Below, piece by piece: positions 30,296 through 37,700 of a stretch of DNA of 64,000 nucleotides. Under the pieces are notes generated by a model. It saw nothing but the letters and a program-made list of their open reading frames with translations, did not search any database and was not told where the DNA came from. The translations under genes were made by a program, and so were the position numbers. Each line of letters begins with the position of its first letter. Positions within the stretch are counted from its first letter, which is position 1. Source of the stretch: an uncultured delta proteobacterium (lineage in GTDB: Bacteria > Myxococcota_A > Polyangia > Fen-1088); the NCBI GenBank assembly GCA_963755125.1, contig CAVWIP010000012.1, forward strand, positions 128,001 through 192,000. The letters are read 5' to 3'.

Positions 30296-30984
30296 ACTTC
30301 GATTTCAAAAATACGCACAATCTGACCGGGGCGGTTGGGCACGAATCTCACGCGCACACCACGAGCGCCCGAACAGGCCAGCGCGTGCACGGCCACCGGC
30401 GCGTGATTGTCGGTCACCACCACCGGCGGCGGAACTGGCCGCGCCTGTAAGCACCACAGGCTGTATTCTTGCGAGGTGAAATCCGCTGACTCGACTGTTC
30501 CGGCGTGACGGATCACCACACTTCTGACTTGTCGCTTGCCCGACCAGAGCAGTTCCACCCAGGGATGCCTGTCGCCGGGGTCGGATGCCCATTTCTCCAC
30601 CAGGGTGGGATTCGTGCGGCCGTCGACAAGATAGCCCGGGTTGTGCTGGGAAAAGGGGTCGCGAAAGAAGGAGCTGACCCGCACGGTCGTTCCCAGACGG
30701 TACGCCACGAGATTGTGCTCCCCCGCAGGATGGGCTTCCAGGGTTGGAAACGCGACCACGGCGACCGCCTGCCTGCGCACGAACAGAAAGAAGCCCGTGC
30801 TCCAGGCAATGACCAAGACTCCCGCCAGCGCGAAAGCAACGGTCCGTCGCCGGGCCCACACCCGACCGACGACGGACACTACGGGAGCGGTCCTTTGGGC
30901 CACCGCGGAGATGACGAGCGTCAGACGCCGCAGGCGAATCGCCCAGGAAGGGGAATACCAAGTCGCGAACCGCGGGAGCAGCAC
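30283..30984 (-). CDS. Membrane-anchored protein with discoidin/F5-8 type C-like domain
   Basis: One TM, then VSSF...LVDG...KWAS...PWVEL...VRIFEIEVWG. Confidence 0.65.
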   Translation of the reverse strand: MLLPRFATWYSPSWAIRLRRLTLVISAVAQRTAPVVSVVGRVWARRRTVAFALAGVLVIAWSTGFFLFVRRQAVAVVAFPTLEAHPAGEHNLVAYRLGTTVRVSSFFRDPFSQHNPGYLVDGRTNPTLVEKWASDPGDRHPWVELLWSGKRQVRSVVIRHAGTVESADFTSQEYSLWCLQARPVPPPVVVTDNHAPVAVHALACSGARGVRVRFVPNRPGQIVRIFEIEVWGR

Positions 30985-31040
30985 AGTGAACTGCTAGCCT
31001 ATCACTTCCGTTGGCGCGGCGCTGCGCGAGCCGCCAGGAC

Positions 31041-31781
31041 CTATTTCAGCAACGCCATCGTCACCACATGCGCATCAAGGTCACACCATAGCAGGGTGAG
31101 CGAGCGCGGTGCCATTCGCGCGGCCAATACAGGTGCCAAAGCAATGTCCAGCGCGCGCCAGGCTTCGGCCAAACCTGATGGCGCGTCCATCTCGTCGCCC
31201 ACCACGATGTCGCGCGTGTCGTGACGAAGCCCGAGGCCCATGGCCTTGAGCACTGACTCTTTGGCGCTCCAGATGCGCGCGACTGTCCGGTCGGCGTCGC
31301 GGCCACCGGTCTTGCTCACGCGAGAGGCTTCGCTCTCGCTGAAAAACTGTCGCACCAGAGCCGGATCGCGAGGCTCAACGGTTTCGAGATCGGCGCCGAT
31401 GCTGGCCCCGGGCGGCAGCGCGATTGCCGCCAGGCCCCAGTCCCCACGATGCGAGATTGACAATGATAGGGGCAGGCGGCTCCCTTGCAGATCGACGTAC
31501 GGCATTCCCGACTCGTCATTGAGGACGCTGAACTGGCAACGCCAATCGTGATTCGAGCTGGGCTTTCCCATTAACCCCGCCACGAGGCCGTTGCCTTCGG
31601 CTGCCAGTTCGCCCAGCAACCGCTTGGCCGCCCAGCGGCCGAGCAGCCATTTCCGCCGGCGCGGCAACAGCGCCAACCCGGCGAGGATCGCTTCCTCGCG
31701 CGGGCTGAGCAGGCCCGGCGGCGCCTGACCCGCTGCCAGCGCGGGGTGCTCGCCGGCGTGGGCCAGGACGTGACGGAACAT
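31041..31781 (-). CDS. Sfp-type 4'-phosphopantetheinyl transferase
   Basis: LSPREE...WLLGRWAAK, SISHR, IGADLE and WSAKESVLKA; starts 3 bp after the PKS stop. Confidence 0.92.
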   Translation of the reverse strand: MFRHVLAHAGEHPALAAGQAPPGLLSPREEAILAGLALLPRRRKWLLGRWAAKRLLGELAAEGNGLVAGLMGKPSSNHDWRCQFSVLNDESGMPYVDLQGSRLPLSLSISHRGDWGLAAIALPPGASIGADLETVEPRDPALVRQFFSESEASRVSKTGGRDADRTVARIWSAKESVLKAMGLGLRHDTRDIVVGDEMDAPSGLAEAWRALDIALAPVLAARMAPRSLTLLWCDLDAHVVTMALLK

Positions 31782-31784
31782 CGG

Positions 31785-34700
31785 TCACCCGATGACGCCG
31801 CGGAAGCGGCCCAAAGCCTCGTCGGGCAGCCCGCCCGGGATGCGCGAGGTGCGGTAGCCCTGCACGGTCAGGTAGACCTTGCCCTCGTCGTCGCGCACCC
31901 GCGCGTCGAACGACAGCGCGTCCTCGGACGCATGCGGTTGCAGCTCGGCCACCATCGTCTTGCCGTCGGGCGCCGGATCGAACACGGTCACTCGCTCCAC
32001 CACCGAGGGCAGCCCCATCTGTCCGGTCTGGCCGATCTCCCACACGCCCGCGGTCTGGAAGCACAGCTCGACCATGCGCGGCCCGACCATGCTGGTGCTG
32101 TTGGGGTTGGTGGTGTCGGCAGGCAGAGGTGTCCTCATGGTCCCCACCACCTTCCCGCTCGATAGCCGGTTGACCATCTCCAACACCCGGTAGGCCGGAC
32201 CGTGGAAGTACACCCGGTAGATGTCGTCGTGGCCGATGCCGCCCACCGGGCCAGCGCCATCGACGGCCGTGCGCGCGCTCGGTCCCGTCCCCTGTTCCAG
32301 CACCACCACGCCGGCGAAGTGCAGTTTCTCCTCGGGCTCGCGCCCCACCACCACCTGCACCGACGACAGGCTCGTATGAACCCGCACCCGCCCATCCGCG
32401 CCCAGCACCGGCCGCGCGCGCACGATCACCGAACGCGGCTCGTGGCGGTAGTACTTCATGGGCGCCAGGAAGCGCACGTTTTCCAGCGCCGCTACCCGAT
32501 GCTGCGGGGCCAGCAACCAGGCCGCCTCGGCGAATGTCTCCAAACCCATCACGCCCGGCAGAACCGGAATGCCGTCGATGGCGTGATCGTGAAGGAACGG
32601 CTCCACCTTGGGGTCGAGACGAATCTCGGCCGTCATGCCCTGGTGCAGATCGAAGGTGACGTTGTCAAAGGGCAAAGGCAACGCCCTTTCGCGGGCGCGG
32701 GCCAGCAGGCTGCCCTCGGGATCGATGCCGCCGTCCTTGTCAAAGGGCTCCATCAGGATGCCCAGCTTGTGCCCCACCACCGCTTCGCCCGAGAAGCCCG
32801 CCTGCAGCGCATGGCGGATGACCGGCAGGCCCTCGTCCGGCGACAGCATGTCGATACCCGCGCGCTTCATGATCTCGGGGATGCTTCCGCGCGTGGCCAT
32901 GCCGATTCCACCCCAGGCCGTCCAGTCGAGCGCGATGCCCAGCGAGCCCGGACGCGACGCCGCCCACCAGGAGAGCGTCTTGCACATGAAGTCGTTGCCC
33001 GCGCTGTAGTCGGCCTGACCGGCGTTGCCAAATCGGCCGGCGACCGACGAGAATCCGACAATCGCCTTGACGTCCATGTCGCGTGTCGCGGCCAGCAGAT
33101 TGAAAAGCCCGTCGGCCTTCACCCGGAAGACCAGGTCGAATTCCTCCACCGGCTTGCGGTCGAGCGAGCGGCTGCGCTCGAGCCCTGCGGCGTGCAGGAT
33201 GACGTCGATGCGTCCGCTCTCGGCGCGGATGTTGTCCACCACCGCCTTGACCGCAGCGCCGTCCAGCACGTCGACCTGACGGTAGAAGGCACGGCCGCCT
33301 GCCTGCTCCACCCCGCGCAGGGCTTCCAGGATGCCGGCCTGCCGTTCCAGATCGAAGAGCTTCTCCTCGACCTGCGCGGGCGTGGCGCGGCCCTTCTCGG
33401 CCTTGATGCGCTCGAAGACCTCGCGCTTGGCAGCCTCGCGATCCTTGATCACGGTTTCGAGCAGAGCGTGTTCGCTCTCGGGCGGCATGGCGCGCGCATC
33501 CAGCAGGTAGAACGTGCCGCGCGACGCAGCCGCCAGATCGCGCACGATGGCCACGGTGATGGCCCCAGCCCCGCCGGTGACGGCGAACACCGTGTTCTCG
33601 TCCAACGTGAGCGGCGGCTTGGCGTCGGCCGGCACGGCTTGCATGACCTCCAGGCCAACCGTCACGCGCACGCCCCCCGCGTAGCCGATCTCCACCGCGC
33701 CCGGATCCTGCTCGGTCTCGTCGAGCAACGCGCGCGCGATGGTCTCGGCCGAGGCGCCGTCCTCGAAATCGACCGCCTTGGCCAGCAGATCGGGCCGCTC
33801 GCGCCGCAGCGTCTTGGTGAAGCCGGTGACCGCGCCCCCCACGGAGTTGCTGGCGCCGCTCGCACCATAGCCGTGCTGGCCGCCCATGCGGGTGGCGGCT
33901 ATGACGAAGCTGCCCGGGGTGCCCAGGCCCTCGTACAGGCCGCGGGCCGCCCCGTGCAAGAGCAAGACGCGGTCGCGGTAAAGCTTGCGAAACTGGACCA
34001 GGTCGAGGTCCGCCAGCGAAGCCGAGCGGTCGAGAGCAGGCAGAAAGTAGAGGCCCACGGGCTTGCCCGGCTTTGCCCATTTTTGCAAGGCGGCCTCGAT
34101 CTCGGCCCGTTCCGGTCGCGCATCGATGCGCAGCACCTGCACTCCCCGACTTTCCAACTCATCGCAGAGGAGCTTGCCCGCACCTTCGCTGTCAGCGACC
34201 ACCACCACGCGACTGCCTCTCTCCAGTCGCACGCCGGTCTTCTTGCACGAATCCAGTGGAGGCCGCAGGGTCACCACCGGACGGCGCAGCAGCCCACTCA
34301 CAAAGGGGCTCTGCCCCACCGCCGCGTCGGCTGCGGCAGTCACGGCGGTCGGCGCTGCCACGGCAGGCGCAGGTGCTGTCGGCGCGGCCGGTGCCGCTGC
34401 CGGCAGGTACTTGTTCACGAACCCGATGACGTGGCGAAGGGTCGGGTAGTCCCGCAGCTTCACATCATCCTGGCGCGGAATACTGAATGCCTCCCGCACC
34501 AGCGCGAACACCTCCGCCTGCTTGACCGTGTCGATCCCCAAGTCAGCCTCGAGATCCAGGTCCAGCTCCAGCATGTCGCGCGGATAGCCCGTCTTGCCGG
34601 CCACCAGTTCCAGAACCTTTTCTTCGATCGGATTCCCCGAACCAACTGCACTAGCCGTGGTCGTGGTCGTGGTCGTAGACGTGGTCGTGGTCGTGGCCGG

Positions 34701-37700
34701 TTTCGCAGCCACAACTGCCGGCGCTGCCGCCACCAGATCCGGCCGATTCGTCTCCACGAACCCGATCACGTGACGGAGAGTCGGATAGTCACGCAGCTTG
34801 ACGTTGTCCTGCCTCGGGATATTGAACGTCTCCCTCACCAACGCAAACACCTCTGCCTGCTTGACCGTGTCGATCCCCAAGTCAGCCTCGAGATCCAGGT
34901 CCAGCTCCAGCATGTCGCGCGGATAGCCCGTCTTCTCTGCCACCACTCCCAGTACCTTCTCCACCACGACACTTGTCGTGGCCGTGGTCGTGGTCGTGGC
35001 CGTGGCCGTGGCCGTGGTCGGAGCCGTGGCCGTGGCCGTGGTCGTAGTCGTGGCCGGTTTCGCATCCACCATCGGCACCGCCGTCACCAGGTCCGGCCGA
35101 TTCGTTTCCACGAACCCGATGACATGACGGAGCGTCGGGTAGTCACGCAGCTTGAGCGTATCCTGGCGCGGAATATTGAATGTCTCCCGCACCAGCGCAA
35201 ACACCTCCGCCTGCTTGACCGTGTCGATGCCCAGGTCAGCTTCGAGATCCAGGTCCATTTCCAGCATGTCGCGCGGATACCCGGTCTTTTCTGCCACCAA
35301 TCCCAGCACCTTCTCCGCCACGACACTTGCCGTGGCCGTGGTCGTGGCCGTGGCCGTGGCCGCCGCCGCCCCTGCCCCAACCAGATCCGGCCGGTTCTCC
35401 TTCACGAACCCCACCACATGCCGGAGGGTCGGGTAGTCACGCAGCTTGAGCGTGTCCTGCCGCGGAATATTGAATGTCTCGCGCACCAGCGCGAACACCT
35501 CCGCCTGCTTGACCGTGTCGATGCCCAGGTCAGCTTCGAGATCCAGATCGGGATCCAGCATGTCGCGCGGATAGCCGGTCTTGTCGCTGACCAGTTTGAG
35601 CACCGACTCCATGGCGGCGTCCGCTCCCGACGCTGCCGCGACAGTCGTGACCGCCGAGGACGCGGCCGACGGTGCGGTCGCCACCGGCGCAGGCGCCGGC
35701 TGAGCCGCAGGAGTCGCGATCACGGCCGGCGCGAGCGGCACTCGCGGCGCAGGCATCGCTGGCATCGGCGCCCCATCGCTCAGGCTTGCGCTTGGGCCCG
35801 TGCCCATGGTCCAGCTCGACTGAGCCGGCTCGCGCGCCGGCTGGCCAATGTCCTTGATGCGCAGGGTGCGCTTCTCGACCTCCAGGACCGGCGCCGGGTA
35901 CCCGGAGATCTCGGACAGCCAGCGTTGGTAGGCAGCCCGATCGGCCACCCGCTCTTCCAGACCATCGATGCGACGGAGCACGGTCATCGCGATCTGCGAA
36001 CCGAAGCCGGCGGCCAGTCGCAGGGCGTAGCGCACGGGATAGTGCCCGCCCTTCGACAGATTGAGCGTGCCCAGCTCGGGATCGGGCTCGCGGTAGTTGG
36101 GCACCGGCGGAACCACCTGCTTCTCCAAAATCTTGACCGCCACCGCGTCCTCCACGCCCACACCCATGGGATGACCGGTGAACCCCTTGGTGTTGCACAC
36201 CACCAGATCGTTGGCGCTGGCGCCAAAGGTCTTGCGTAGGGCGAATATCTCGGCCGAGGCGCTGCCTCCGCGCGCTGGCGTGTAGGTCTCGTGCGAGATG
36301 AATACCAGCTCGCGCGCCATGGCGTGCCGATCGATGCCGTGACGTTGCTCCACGCCCGACACCAGCCGCTCCATCACGCCCTCGATGTGATCCACATCCA
36401 GGCGCGTCCCGTGGAAGGCGCTGTTGGCGAATGTGCTGCCCAGCACCTCACACAGGCCGCGCATACCGCGCTCGCGCAGCGAATCTTCCGACTCCACCAC
36501 CAGGCCGCAAGCGCCCATGCCCAGCAACATGCCGTTGCGCCGGCGATCGAAGGGCAGCGCCGCCTTTTCCAGCACATCCTCGGTGGTGGCCGCGCCAGTG
36601 GCCAGGAAGCCGGCACCCATCCATTCCAGCAGGTTGTCCGAGGTGACGTCGTCGGCGCCGATGATGAGCACGCGGCGGCAGCGGCCGGCCCGGATCCAGT
36701 CCTCGGCCATGCCCACCGCCATGGTGGTCGAGGCGCAAGCCGCGTTGACTTGCGTGTTGGGACCGCGGATGCCGAGCAGTTCGGCAAACTGCGCGTGACC
36801 CATGGAAAGAATGCGGAAGAGGAAACGGCGATCGAACTCGTAGCTGCTGCGGCCGGTTCGCTGCGCGAAGAAGCGCGTGACCTCGTCGACCAAGTTGTCG
36901 TAGCCGGGAAAAGCCGAGGCGAAGATCACGCCGGTCTCATCGGCCATCGCCACCGGAAGCCGCCAGCGGTCGGGCAAAAAGCTGCCCGTGGTGGTGCGGC
37001 GATAGTGGCGCACCAGGGGAATGCCCGCGTCGCGCAGAGCCTCGATGCCCGCGGCGATGGCCAGCGCGGTGGTGACGTCCCAGGCTTCCACGCGCTCGCG
37101 CGGTACGCCGAATTCCTCGACGATATCGAAGACGCCGCGGCGGCCAGCCAGGCGAATGACCTCGTCGACCGATCGGATGGGATCCAGGCTGGGCTCGCCC
37201 ACCTCGCGCTTGACCAGGCGGACCACGTTCTTTTCCACCATGCGGGCGCGGAAGACGTGCGGCACCGGATCGATGAAGGAGTCGCCGCGCAGAATGCGTT
37301 CCACGTTGCCGTCATCGAAGACGTGTTGCTTCTGCCCAGGCAGGCCCAGGGCCGCGCCTGACACGACGATCGAGCCCGAGCGGGCCTCCGGCAAGGCGGG
37401 CGGGCCGGCGCGACGACCGCCGTACATCGCCATGCCCTCGTCGAGAAAACGCGCAAACAGTCTTCCCAGCCCGTCGTAGTTGGGCTGGCCTGCGGAAGTG
37501 CGAATAGGACTCTCGCTCATGATCTGGGTTGCTCCGTGCGAAGAATTCGGGAGGGAAACTGTGGGTGTGGCTGTTGCAGTGGCGGGCGGCGTCCCTGCAA
37601 GGGCAGCCACAAGATCCTCGGGGCGCGGGATGCCCGCGGCGTAGAAGCCACACATGGCATCGTGGAACGAACGGACGCCGCCGCGCTTGGGATGGTTAGT

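Noticed and set aside
28385..30325. 646-aa plus-strand ORF and the alternative-frame ORF 28626..30119
   Set aside because: Both overlap the GT22-like gene, which has clear family motifs; these are Arg/Pro-rich with no motifs.
32202..36239. 1345-aa plus-strand ORF with RG repeats
   Set aside because: Antisense of the PKS; the RG runs are the reverse complement of the Thr/Ala linkers.
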